Assembly: GCA_025558095.1 (NCBI GenBank)
Contig: JAIVFI010000016.1
Location: 1-64,000 of the forward strand
DNA: 64,000 nucleotides
Direction: 5' to 3'
Source: Hyaloraphidium curvatum SAG 235-1
Taxonomy: Eukaryota; Fungi; Monoblepharomycota
Position numbers and translations under genes: made by a program. This document shows positions 1-11,429 of the stretch, one piece after another. The notes under the pieces were generated by a model. That model worked only from the letters and a program-made list of their open reading frames with translations. It did not search any database and was not told where the DNA came from. Position 1 is the stretch's first letter. Each line of letters begins with the position of its first letter.

Positions 1-1
1 C

Positions 2-397
2 CCGTACCCCGAGTTCCGGATGCCGGGGTGGCACGCGCACTCGGTGGGCTGGCACTCGGACGACGGGCGCCTGTTCGTCTCGGACGCGTTCGGCGGGAGG
101 GTGTGGCAGGGGCCCTGGGGCGTCGGCGACGTCCTGGGCTGCGGGATGCTGCTCAACCCCGGCGGATCGATCAAGGGCTTCTTCTTCACCCGGAACGGCG
201 TGCTGATGCGCGGCGAGGGCGGGTCGGACTGCTACACGATGGCCGAGGCGATGGTGCCGCTGCTGTCCGAGCAGCAGGGGATGCTGGGGAAGACGTACAG
301 GGCGGCGGTGGGCGCGGACGGGAAGGCCGAGGTGGCGGTCAACTTTGGCGAGGCGCCGTTCGCGTGGGCGCCGGCCAACGGGGATGTGGAGATCTGA
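2..397 (+). CDS. SPRY-domain protein (Ssh4/RanBPM-like), 5'-truncated by window edge
   Basis: Motifs PYPEFRMPGW..SVGWHSDDGRLF, GDVLGCG, FFFTRNG and VNFGEAPF match the C-terminal half of a SPRY domain. Confidence 0.8.
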   Translation, partial: PYPEFRMPGWHAHSVGWHSDDGRLFVSDAFGGRVWQGPWGVGDVLGCGMLLNPGGSIKGFFFTRNGVLMRGEGGSDCYTMAEAMVPLLSEQQGMLGKTYRAAVGADGKAEVAVNFGEAPFAWAPANGDVEI

Positions 398-794
398 GCG
401 GCCGGGGTTCCGAAACTTATCTTGGTAGTACTCCTACGTAATGGGGGGAGATTGAAAAAGACGTCACTGCGTCTTAAGCCACTTTTGAAATCTGCCACGG
501 ATTCGTCTGGTCCTGATGCTCAGGTAGGAGGAGGTCTGACGCCGTTAGAGCTCGCAATGCTTGCAGAGCGACAGAACGCGACCCGGTACGTCTGGCAAGT
601 CCCGACGGGTGCCATCTCTTGTCGCGTCCACAGTGCATTCATCGTGGCGAGAGCGGGGCCGCGGAACAGTTCGCTGGGCCAGCGGCGGAGCTGTTCGTCT
701 CTGCCGCAAAGCGCTACCGGACAGGTCTCCGCGGCCGATGTCCCGATCGTTGCCGACGCCACAGTGTTGGGACCGCCGAGGCGGATCCGCCACC

Positions 795-2230
795 GGAGGC
801 GGAACCCCAGGGCTCGGTCTCCAAGGATCGGAGCCCGCCGCGGCGGCTAGGGCTGACGATGGGTGGCTTCCCGTCCAAAGTCCGACCGGGGTCCCCGCCG
901 AGCCGCCCATGCATGCAGTGGGAAGAACAACTTTCTGCGTGTCGCAGTGTCGCGGCCGCGGCAAGGTGGAAGCGGTCGTCCTCGACGGCGTAAGCGCCCC
1001 GAAGCCTCCCAGACGCGCGGGTTCACCCCTTCCCCAGCTGTCCGTTCAGGTCCAGCTAGTCCAGCCCAACGGTCCTCCATCGGCTCGGAGCAGAAACGGC
1101 CGAGGGCTCCGTCCCGATGACGGAAGTTCTGCGTCCCGCTGGCCGACTACTGACGGTGCGCGGCTTCCCCCACAGTCTCCGAGACAACTGTTCTAAGTCA
1201 TTTGGCTCCGTCGAGACAGCCACCTCCTTTGCCCATCGCCGCAGTTTTGGGTTGCGGCAGGAAAGGGCTCGTACTGCCTCGGCCTTCGTGCGTTGAGAAC
1301 CGACGCCTCCCAGCCTTGCGGCCTTGTCCTGCCCCCGCTGCCCCTTGTCCAGTCCCGGCCGGCCCCGAGTGGATTGCAGAAAAGGTCGCGGAGAAGCTGT
1401 TGGTTCTGATCGAATCGGAACCAAGGGGATCCGGCTCGATGCACGGACCCTCCGCGGCCCCGCTGGGACCCGGTGACGCTGCGCGGCTTCTCGTCCCAAA
1501 GTCCCCAGTGGTCCGTCTCGAGACGTTGATGCAAGTCGTCGAGGAAGCAACGCGTCCATGTCGCAGCGTTCTGGCCGCGACTGTGGCGGAAGCGGTCGTC
1601 CTCCACGGCGTAACGAGCCGACCCGAGCGTGGACCGGGCCCCGTCCAGATGGCACGCTCGAGTCCAGTCCGTCCCCAATCATGTGACCCGAATGCCGCAG
1701 GCAACCAAGGCATCAAAACGGAACCCAAGGGCTCCGTCTCGATGCCCGACAGCGCTGCGGCCCGCGGGTGACCGATGACGGTGCGCGGCTTCCCGTCCCA
1801 TGTCCGCGTCGTCGATGAACGCCGTCGATACCTTCCTCCACGCAGTCGCAGGTTCCCGGCTGCGACAGGGCGGAGGTCGTCCTCGACGGCGCGGCACGCG
1901 GACGCCTCCCCGCCTCGCTGGCTCGTCCTGCTCCCAGCTGCCCGCGTCCGGTCCGCCAATGCGATCCCGACGTCATTTCCGAACGCGCCGCCGAGGACTT
2001 GGATGCGAAGCGGATTTCGAGGGCTCCGCCTCGACACCCGGAAGCTCCGCGGCCCCGCCCGGGACCGCTGACGGTGCGCGGCTTCTCGTCCGGATTCCGT
2101 CCCGAGGCGACCGTCCGGGATGCTTCAGCTCTGTCGAGGCAGGACCAGTGCTCAGCTGCGACTGCCGCCGTATGGGCGGAAGCATGGCAGGGCCCGTGCT
2201 GCCTCGACCGGGCGGGCACTCGGGAGGCGT
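795..2230 (+). repeat. Degenerate tandem array of ~300-bp units (5 clear copies, possibly a 6th from ~500)
   Basis: GGGCTC(C/G)G-like motif recurs at ~810/1104/1426/1729/2021. TGACGGTGCGCGGCTTC-like motif recurs at ~855/1151/1474/1776/2069. GGTCGTCCTC(G/C)ACGGCG recurs at ~974/1594/1875. Confidence 0.75.
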
Positions 2231-2577
2231 ATGATGCATGGCCGGGCGCTCTGGCTGGGTCGTCCTCTCTCCGCCGTCATTGAAAAACCAATATCCATAG
2301 CCTCGTTCCTCCGTGGAAGTGAATTCGCCACCTCTCGCGGTCCCCTCGGGTGGTTCCGTTCTCCGCGTGATGGGTTTGCGGCGGGAGCGGCCGAGTCAGT
2401 TGAATCCCGCCGGCCCCGCTGCGCACCCCATCGCTCGGCCGTTTCCCCCGTTTGCCCTTCCGATAGCCCGGAGACCCGGTCCGAAGATAGAAATGATCAC
2501 ATCACCGGTGTTTCGCCGGCTGCCGACGCGCGGGCGCCGTTCCGCGGGCCCCCAACCGAACCGCCTCCCCTGCAACG

Positions 2578-5500
2578 ATGCCCGCCAACCCGCCCGCGCT
2601 GGCCCGCGAGCCGCAGCCGCCGGACGCTCTCTCGGCCGTCGTGGCCATTCTGCGCGGGTCTCCTGCGCCGCGGACTGTTGTGGAGGCCGACGAGGACGCC
2701 GGCGGGGGGGATAAACAAACGAACGACGCCGAGGGAGACGCCTGGGAGGGGAGCGCCGCGGAGCAGTCGATGGACGATGCGGCCGACAACGGCGAGGGCG
2801 GCGAATCGTCTTCGGCCGAGGACGCCGAGTACGCGCCCTCCGAGGCCTCCGAGGCGCCCGCCGACCCGCCCTCCCCCGCACCGCAAACCCGCGCCCGCGC
2901 CGGGCCCGCCTCGCCCGCTCGCGCGAGGTCGCCCTCGCCCCGCACGCAGTCGTTCCTCGCCAGCGTGGCCAAGTACGCCGAGGAGCGCCGTACCGAGGCC
3001 GACGTCCTCCGTTCCGAGCTGGCCCAATCCGCCGCCGAAGCGAGGAGGCTGCAGGGCGAGACGGGCCGGCTGGGCGGGGAACTGAAGAAGGCTTGACGGG
3101 AAAAGACGGAGGAGGAGGGGAGGAGGAAGGAGGCCGAGGAGCGGGTGGCGGGCCTCGAGGCGGAGCTGGTGGTCGAGAGGGAGGAAAAGGCCAAGGTGGA
3201 GGACGAGCTGGCGGAGAAGGTGGTGGAGCTGGGGGAGGTCAGGGCGACGCTGAACGAGGTGCAGGCGGCGCTCACGGACATGGAGGAACGGGCGGTCGCC
3301 GCGGAGACAAGGGCGGCGGACGCGGAGGGCAGGGCGGCCGCCGCCCAGGAGCGGGCGAGCGACGCGGAGGATCGGGCCGTCGATTTCGAGAGCCGCTTTT
3401 TCGTCGTGCTTGGAGACCTTGCCGAGGAGCGCAGGCTCGTGCAGGAGGCGACCGAAAGGCGGGAGCGGGCCGCCGCCGAGGCGAGGGCGGCCGAGGACAG
3501 GGCGGAAATGGCCGAGGGCAGGGCCGCCGAGGCGGAGCTGCAGGCGGAACTTGCCAGGAAGCGGGCCGAGGAGGCCGAGGTTCGGGCGGCGGAGGCGGAT
3601 CGCAAAACGGTCGAGGCCGAACGGAGGGCAGCCAAGGCCACGCAGCACGCGACCGACGCCGACCGGCGTGCCGAGGAGGCCGAGGGCAGGGCCACCGGCG
3701 CCGACCTCCGCGCGCTCGCGGCAGAGAACGCCGCCGGCGAGGCGAAGGTCCTCGCCGAGGCCGCCGAGGAGAGCGCGATGCTGGCGGAGCGGCGGGCCGA
3801 TGCGGCGGAGCTGCGAGCGCGGGAAGCCGAGGCCCGCGCGGTCGCCGCAGACGCCCGCGCCGCTGCCGCAGAATCCCGCGCCGAAGAGGCGGATCGGAAA
3901 CTCGAGGAAGCCGAGGCCGACGCGGTCAAGGGCATGTCGGCCCTCGAGCGCCTCCGCGCGGAAGCCCACGCCCGCGCCGAGGCGCTGCAGGAGCAGCTGG
4001 ACCGCGCGGCGGTTTCGTCGGCTGCAGCCGTGCGGACGCCGGCGAGTGAGTTGGTCGCGCGGGCGCTCGGCAGCGGGACGCGGGTGATGCCGTCGTCTGC
4101 GACGTCGACACCCGTTGCGCGAGCGGAACCGCGGCGCACGCCCGAGGAGGCGCCGCTCCTGGCGGACGACGACCGCGCGCCGACCCCGCCCTCCTCGGCC
4201 CGCACGCGGGTCGGCACCCCAACCCCGCCTCCCGCCCCCGCCGTGGACACCTCCGATGTGGTGGTGATCCCCGACACCTCGGACGAGGACATCCCCCTCT
4301 CGGGCGCATCCCCGCCAAGCCGCGGCGCCCCGCCCCGTCTTCGGACTCGGACGCTGCGGCGCGCGGGAGGGAGCGCACGCCCTCGCGTGCCCGGGTGCGG
4401 AAGAGGCTGAAGCGGAGGCACCGCGCGCCCCCGGCGTCGCACGCGCTGCCGGCGGGCGAGGAGTCGGACTACGGCAGCGACGGCTCCGCGGGCATCCCCC
4501 CCTCCGCCTCCGGTTCCGACGTCGAGGCGCCGCAGGAATCGAGCCAGCGCGTCAGGGAGATCCCCGCGCTCAAGCTCGTCCGCGGCGACGCGGAGCACGC
4601 GTGGGGCGGGGACGAGGATCCCGCGCGGGTGCCGCCGGGGGTGGCGAGGAAGTTGCGGGACGGGAGGACAACGCGGAGGCTGCAGGAGTTTGCGCGGGAG
4701 TGGAACGCGGCGAGGTGGGTCTTGCTTTTTGGTGGGCTGAGGGCGCACAACTGATGGTTGATTTTGGGAGCAGGACGGCGTCGAGCTCCTCGGCGCCCCC
4801 GGACCCCGAGTCCGCGCGCTACACCATCCCCGAGCCGCATGCCGCCGAGTTCATCCTCGCTGCCCGCGCCAAGTTCGCCCCCCTCTGGCCCGCCAACCCC
4901 GGCCCCCCGTTCGTCGCCGTGCGCTCGCACGCAAAGAAGGAGGACACCCCCCAGCCCGCGCCGACGCCGCAGGGGAAGAACCTGAGCGGGCACAGGCTGG
5001 TGGAGCTGGACGCTTACAACGCGTGGGGTGGGGAGGACCAGGTGCCGGGGGAGGTCAAGGAGAAGCTGGATGAGGCCAGGAAGAAGTCGCGGGTGGGCAC
5101 GGTTGCGCGCAAGTTCAACAACCACCGGTGCGCCGCCTGCCTGCCGCTTGCTCTGCCGGCCCGCTGCTGACCGGCCCGCCGTTTTCCGCAGGCCGGACCC
5201 CGAGACGGGCCTGAACAACGTCGAGCTGGGCCACTCGACGATCCGCCCGCAGGACGCGGTCGAGTTCCTCGAGCGTGCGAGGGGGCAGTTCCCGCAGTTC
5301 TACCCGCCGGACCCGCCGCCGCCGTTCGCGTCCCCGGAGGCGGTGCCGCACAGGACATGGAGGGGGCCGAGGGGGAAGGTGCGGGTTTCGGACGGGGAGA
5401 GCGATGATGGCGACGGGGAGAAGGAGGAGCAGGAGGAGGAGGGCGAGGACGAGGACGAGGAGGATAGCGATTTCGATCCCATGGAGGCGGAGCCGGATGG

Positions 5501-5960
5501 CGAGGACCGGGGAAAGGGGACCAAGGATTCGGACGTCGACGAGGATCCGGGCATCGGGCGGCGCGGGAGGAGGGCGGCGAAGGAGGAAAGCGAGGAGGAG
5601 GGTGGCGAGACACGGCGGCGTTCGAGGCGGGAGGTGCAGGAGGACAGCGACGACGATGACGAGGTCGAGGCGCCCGTGGGGCCCGTTTACCGGCGGCTGA
5701 GGAGGGCGGTGAAGGATGAGAGCGAGGAGGAGGGCGACGTTGCAGGGGGCGGAGACGTGGGTGGTGAAGCGGGAGACGATGGCAGCGGAGAAGAGGAAGG
5801 AGGCAACGACATCGCAAGCGAGGGGGACGCCGAGACGAAGGACGAGCAGCCCGCGGAGCCGAGGGACTCGGACAACCATAGCCCTAGCTGGGCTCCCTGC
5901 TGCGACCGGTGGAGGGCTAGGAAGCGATCTTGTAGTTCTGTGGTTGTTGGCAGGTCGTAG
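2578..5960 (+). pseudogene. Large coiled-coil protein with duplicated C-terminal domain and acidic tail; in-frame TGA and a frameshift
   Basis: ORFs 2578-3096 and 3145-4410 share a frame, and the coiled coil reads across TGA 3094-3096 (ELKKA*REKTEEE). The frame switches near 4330. GT-AG introns at ~4715-4772 and ~5129-5191 join the later exons. Confidence 0.55.
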
Positions 5961-6070
5961 TCAGCCTCAAGGGTCCGCTCGATGTGTGGGTAGCGCTATC
6001 CTTGGCGCCTCTGCTTTGCCACACCTCCAACGTCCGACAGTCGACGAATCAGACGCTCCCCGGCAGCACA

Positions 6071-8030
6071 ATGGGCCGGCCGCACGACAGCGACCCCATG
6101 CGCCTGGCCCGCGAGCCGCTGGTTGCCGCGGCGGGGGCGATGCTGCGCGGCGAGAGCCCGTTCTTCAAGTACGCGCGCGACATCCCGCGGCTCGACGAGC
6201 CGCCCATCCTGGCGCCCTCGCGGCACATCCCCGCCGAGGAGCGCGAGGCGCACGCGCGCAAGGCCGAGGTCGCCGGGGCGGGGTTGTTGGCCAAGTGCTG
6301 GGAGGCTCTGTTCCCCGCGGAGCGCGGCGACGGCTTCGCGTTCCGCACGGCGGCCGAGTTCCGCGCCGCGTACGCGTCGGGCGCAACCGATCCCGAGAAA
6401 GTGGCCGAAAGGTTGCTGGCCGCAATCAAGGAATCGGACGCGGCGCCAAAGCCGCTGAGGGCCGTGGTGCAGTGCGACGAGGCAGACGTGCGGCGCCAAG
6501 CGGCCGAGAGCGCGGCGAGGTGGAAGGCCGGCACGCCCATCGGGCCGCTGGACGGCGTATTTGTGACCATTAAGGTGTGGTGGACGGCTCTGAACGTCCG
6601 GCAAGCGATGACCGCGTTTCTTTTAGGAATCGTACAATGTCAAGGGCTACGAAGCGCGGCAGGGCACCTCCTTCGTGGGCCGTGGCAAGCCGGCCGCCAA
6701 CGACACCGAGTCCGTCGAAAAGCTCCGTAAGACCGGCGCCATCATCGCCGGGATCACGAACATGGTGCGTTCCAACTCTATACACCACTGTTGTCCCCCT
6801 CTGACTCTCACCTCCTGGTGGGCAGCACGAGGCCGGCTGGGACGTCAACGGGATCAACACCTTCTCGGGTCCGAGCCGCAACCCTTACGACCTCGACCGC
6901 ACGGCCGGCGGCTCGAGCGGGGGCTGCGCGGCGAGCGTGGCCGCGGGGTTCGTGCCCGTGAGCATGGGCGGCGACGGCGGGTTGGTCTCCTGCACCGGGC
7001 CTCCGGGTGGATGATTTGCTAACCGCTGTGTCGTCGGCGCCAGAGGCTCGGTCAGGATCCCGTCGGCGTTCTGCGGCATCGTGGGGCTCAAGCCGACCTG
7101 CGGACGGATCTCCAACGGGTCCGAAGGCGCGCACCTGTCGATGGCCGTCAAGGGCATCCATGCGGGAACAGTCGGTGACTTGGCCCTCGCGGTGGGACAT
7201 GACGAATCGGAGCCATCACGGCCCCGCTGACCCCCCACCTTTGCGCGCAGTACCTGGCAGTGGCGGGTCGCTCCGAAGCCGACCCCCTCACCTACCCCTC
7301 ACCGCCACCCCACGTGCACGCCCTGCTCCACCCCCCAAAGACCCTCCGCATCGGCGTTCCGACCAACTTCTGGGCCCTCCTTGATCACCCCGGCATCGAC
7401 TCCATCTGCCGTCGCGCGGTCGACGCCCTCCGCTCGCTCGGCCACGTCGTCACCGACTTTGAGCTCCCGGAGCTGCACCAGATCCGGCGTGGGCAGTTCG
7501 TCACCGCCGTCGCCGAAATGTCCGCCGCCGCAGAGAACCTCCCCCTCCCCGAGGGAGGCGGGGCAAAGAGCGCGTGGGAGCTCCTCCAGCCGCAGCAGCA
7601 GCTCGAGCTGCTCGGTTTCTCGCGCACCTTCACGGCGGGGGACTACCTCCAGGCGCTGCGGATGCGCCGCCGGGGCATGGACCTCCTCGCCGGGGTGTTC
7701 GAGGGGTTCGACGTCATCGTCACCCCCGCGACGGGAAACGTCGCGATCCCCATACACGACGGCGACGAGCTCCACGGGGCGTGCACCACCGCGTCGACCC
7801 TGGACGCGATCAAGTTCACCGGGTTCTGCAACTTCCTCGGGCTGCCCGCCGTCGTGGTGCCCGTCGGCTACATCGAGGGCGAGGATCCGGCGGAGGAGGG
7901 GATGCCGGTGGCGCTGCAGGTCGCGGGGAAGTGGTGGGACGAGGACGTGGTGATGGCCGTCGCCGGGATGCTGGAGAAGGAGGTGCCAGGGAGGAAGCGG
8001 CCGGGGCGCCATTGGGACCTGCTCGGGTAG
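6071..8030 (+). CDS. Amidase-signature family protein (FAAH-like), 4 introns
   Basis: Spliced product contains [52 protein letters not shown] and [13 protein letters not shown]. Confidence 0.92.
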
Positions 8031-8788
8031 CTGGCCGCGGGAGGCCGGAATAGCAACGACTCGACTCCATCTACGAAATGTCGGAATAGACTGCGAACCG
8101 TCGCCGCGGAAACTGGTAATGTGTGCTGGGAGCTGCCGTTCGACAAGTTCCGTTCGCGGGGCGGACGGGACTTCTTCGGACAGGGGTGTCGCTGGTCGCA
8201 TCGTGACAGCTATGGAAAAATAGCTAGCTCAGAAGCTCATCCGAGGATACCCGATCGCAGCTACACCCCGCGAATGCATCCTCGTCCAAGTCGAGCTGCC
8301 GAGCAGCGCGTACCTGCCATCCACGCCGGACACGGGGACGGACGATATCCCGCTGATGGGTATGTGGGATGCGTCGCACGAGTCTGCTTCTTGCCGGAGG
8401 AACGCTGAACGCTTGCCCACCGCAGGTCCCGACTCCGCGCCGGGCCGAGCGTCCCCGCATCCGGAACCCGGGGCGAATGGGCTTCGGCCCGACGACGTTC
8501 CCGGGGTCCACCTGCGATTAGAGCGGGTCCTGGGAGCGTCCCTTGCCGTTCGCCCGAGGGCGCGGACCGGGCGCGGACCGTCGCCCGTTGTCGCACGCGA
8601 GCACTTTTGCTTCGGGGCGGGCACGCCGGGACCGAGCATGCGATGCGCGTCCGCGCGGGGATGCTGCGCCGGGATGGCGGGTGCGCCTGGAACTCGCCTT
8701 CGGCCCGAGGCTGCTCTGGGACACAAACCCGCGGCATCCTGTCCATTCGCGCTTCCCTAACAATTTGCCTGAGCCGCCTACTCTCAAG

Positions 8789-9319
8789 ATGCTCCGCGCA
8801 GCCGCCGCTCTCGCCGCCCTGCTGCTCACCCTCGCAGTCGTCGCCGCGCCCGCCGCCGCAGCACCCTCGCCGCAGGCCCTGTTCCGCCGCTCGTGCGCCG
8901 AGTGCGACGCCGACTTTTTCTGGTGATGCCCGCCGCGCTCGCCCGCCGACGCCCCCGCTGACACCGACGCTCCCGCCAGCGAGTTCGCCTTCCCCGGCGC
9001 CCGCGAAGGCCACGTCGCATGCGTCGCCTACGCCCCCGGGGGCCGCCACCTCTACCGCCGTTACGAATCCGTCTTCACGCCCTGCCCCATCGTCCCCTGC
9101 ACCTTCACCGTCGCCTCGAACCCGGGCTACCTGCCCCAGGGGGAGTGCGTCAAGCAGTGCGCGGCGTCGGCGACGTGCGTCGCGGCGCTGGAGAACCCGG
9201 TGGGGTGCAGGCTGCTGAGCGCCATGAGCGAAAAGGGCGCGCCCAACATCATCGAGGGGATGCTGACGGTCAAGGGGACGACGTGCCCGGCGTTCGACGG
9301 GCCGTGCCAGCCGAACTGA
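8789..9319 (+). CDS. Secreted Cys-rich protein: LYRRY module plus PAN/apple-like domain (family member 1)
   Basis: Signal peptide MLRAAAALAALLLTLAVVA. Intron 8923-8979 splits a Cys codon (TG|C), giving LFRRSCAECDADFFCEFAFPGAREGHVACVAYAPGGRHLYRRY, then CVKQCAASATC..C..KGTTCP. Confidence 0.85.
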
Positions 9320-9910
9320 TCGCCCGCGCGGGCCGAAGGTGGGGTGCGTATCGGGTGACAAGGGTGGCTGCTCATAATGTGTGCATCTAGTTGAACAGCT
9401 GGCGGCTCGAAACAAAAGCAACGTCGGGGCAAGAGACCCGAAGGCAGAGCACGTGAAAGCAGGGGCATTGTAGTAGAGTGCTCTTATTCGAGCCATCTCC
9501 CCGTGCCATCGTGGGCCAGGCGGGGGAAATACACCGTTTGAAGCTGCCTTTGAGTGCCCTGCCGCGACGGATCGATCGGATGCCTTCGGAGCGCGGGCGG
9601 CACGGCGGACAAACAGCGTCTTCCCTTCCGCTCCGCCCTGCCGCCGGCCGACCGCACCTGACCGCCGCTTGACCTAACGCCCCGCTGCCGCCGCCCACCG
9701 CCGCGGAAGCTGAATGAGGCGTTCCGCACGGCCTCCGCCCCGCCCGCCGTCTCCGCCTCCGCGCCCCCGCTCCGCCGCAACGGCACCGCACGCTCCGCCG
9801 CTCCGCGAGAGAAAAAGCGCCCGCGCGCCCCGGACTTGACCGCCATCCGGCGACCCTCCTACCACTTTGCACCTACTATTTAAGCAACCTTCAAGGCTGG
9901 CGCACCCGCG

Positions 9911-10678
9911 ATGCCCGCGATTCCCGCCATCTCCTACGACACCGTGCTCCCCGGCCGCCCCGACGCCCCGGCGCTCCTCGCCCGCTGCCGCGCCGAGCTG
10001 CTCGTCCCGGCTTTCGGCGACGGCGACCTCGTCGACGCGACCGAGAACGTGGCGCCGCAGTACCTCGCCGACAGGCCCGAGGGGTCGCCGGCCGGCGCGG
10101 CAATCATCGCCTCGTGCGGCGGGAAGCTGGCCGGCTGCCTGCTCGCCGAGGTGTTCCCCGCCGCCGCCGCGTGGATCGTGACTTACGTAGTGGTCGACCC
10201 CGGCTTCCGCGGCGCGGGCGTGGGCAAGGGCCTCTTCTCCCGCGCCGTCCGCGCCGCGGAGGGGATTGCGGGCGCGCACGCCGTCGCGTTCGCCGAGACG
10301 GAGGAGCACGCGGGCGGGGCTGCCGCCGACCGGTTCTATTTCCTCGCGCGGATGGGGTTCAGGAGGCTCGAGGTGGCCTACGTGCAGCCGCCGCTGGCGG
10401 AGGGCAAGGACAAGGTCCGGAACCTGCTGCTGCTGGCGCGGACCTCGGAGGGCACGGTGCCGGCCGCCAAGGTCGCGGCGTTCCTCTCGGCGTTCTACAC
10501 CGCCATCACCGCGGACGGGTGGAAGCGCGACGCCGAGCTGTCGGGGGTGATGGCCTCGCTGCGGGCGCGCAAGGCCGTGGCGGCCGGGCCGCTCATCCCC
10601 GAGCTCAAGAAGGACGACTTCCAGGGCCGCGAGGGGGTGGAGGCCATGGAGGCCGAGGCGCCGGCGCAGACTGCTTGA
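9911..10678 (+). CDS. GNAT family N-acetyltransferase (intronless)
   Basis: Acetyl-CoA motif A (YVVVDPGFRGAGVGKGL), then FLARMGFRRL and YVQPPL. Confidence 0.85.
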   Translation: MPAIPAISYDTVLPGRPDAPALLARCRAELLVPAFGDGDLVDATENVAPQYLADRPEGSPAGAAIIASCGGKLAGCLLAEVFPAAAAWIVTYVVVDPGFRGAGVGKGLFSRAVRAAEGIAGAHAVAFAETEEHAGGAAADRFYFLARMGFRRLEVAYVQPPLAEGKDKVRNLLLLARTSEGTVPAAKVAAFLSAFYTAITADGWKRDAELSGVMASLRARKAVAAGPLIPELKKDDFQGREGVEAMEAEAPAQTA

Positions 10679-11429
10679 TCGACTGCGGTGCAGCGGGGCT
10701 CGGGACGTGTGCCGGATCCCGGGGTGTTGGACTCCTCGCAAACGGAACACGGCTCCTCTCACGACTCCCATCGCCGTTGGCGCAAAGCATGTAGCTACTC
10801 AGCATGGCTATCAGCCGGCCTCCAACTATCGAAACGCGCGACCTGTGCCCCTGCGGGAACCCGAACAAGTTCGAAAGCTGTCACAAATGATGCTTGGATC
10901 AGTCGCTCCATTCGCGACTGCCCAGATGTACATGCATAGCTTCGCGCGCAGTCCCGCCCGTGCTCCTTCCAGTGCAGTAGTACAGTAGTACGCAACTCCG
11001 CCCCCGTTGCACCTGCTCCTGTAACAGCTCCTGCCGCCTTTTCGTCGCGGCGCACTTGCATAACAGCCAGCAGGTACTCGCACCCCATAGGCTTCTCTCG
11101 GAGACCTAGAAACGGGCGATCCAGTACGAGGGGAAGCTGGCGTTGCGCGGGGCTGGTGCGACGGTAGAATCGCCCCGCCGTCTTCGAATCGCGCCCCAGC
11201 GCCGACAAGGACCACAGGGTCGGTGGCGGAAGAGTCCGAGGAGTAGCCTCCTGGCGTTTGGGCGCCGAATTTTGGTTCTGGAGCCGTGGACGGGGACCGG
11301 CCGATCTCGGTTTTGCGCGGTGCGGACGCTTCAGCCACGCGATTCCCTTCGTGTTTGCACCCGCCGTCACCTAATCGCACCGCCGGCTCCTCCCCCGTTT
11401 CCGCAGCGCCCCCGCCCCCGCCGACGACG

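Noticed and set aside
795-2230. CRISPR array or transposon interpretation of the repeats
   Set aside because: Eukaryotic context, long degenerate units, no cas or transposase ORF, and no terminal inverted repeats or target-site duplications seen.
3094-3096. In-frame TGA as selenocysteine or programmed readthrough (some early-diverging fungi use Sec)
   Set aside because: It lies in a coiled coil with no redox motif, I saw no SECIS, and the same gene also has a frameshift. A nonsense mutation is simpler.
2502-4748. Long antisense or alternate-frame ORFs (also 19885-21852, 41558-43183, 62243-63934 and many others)
   Set aside because: They are R/P/A/G-rich shadow ORFs expected at this GC content, mostly overlapping genes with recognisable motifs.
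8921-8926. TGG-TGA ending ORF 8543-8926 as a real stop or Sec codon
   Set aside because: The GTGA is the intron donor at 8923, at the same position as in the paralogs.
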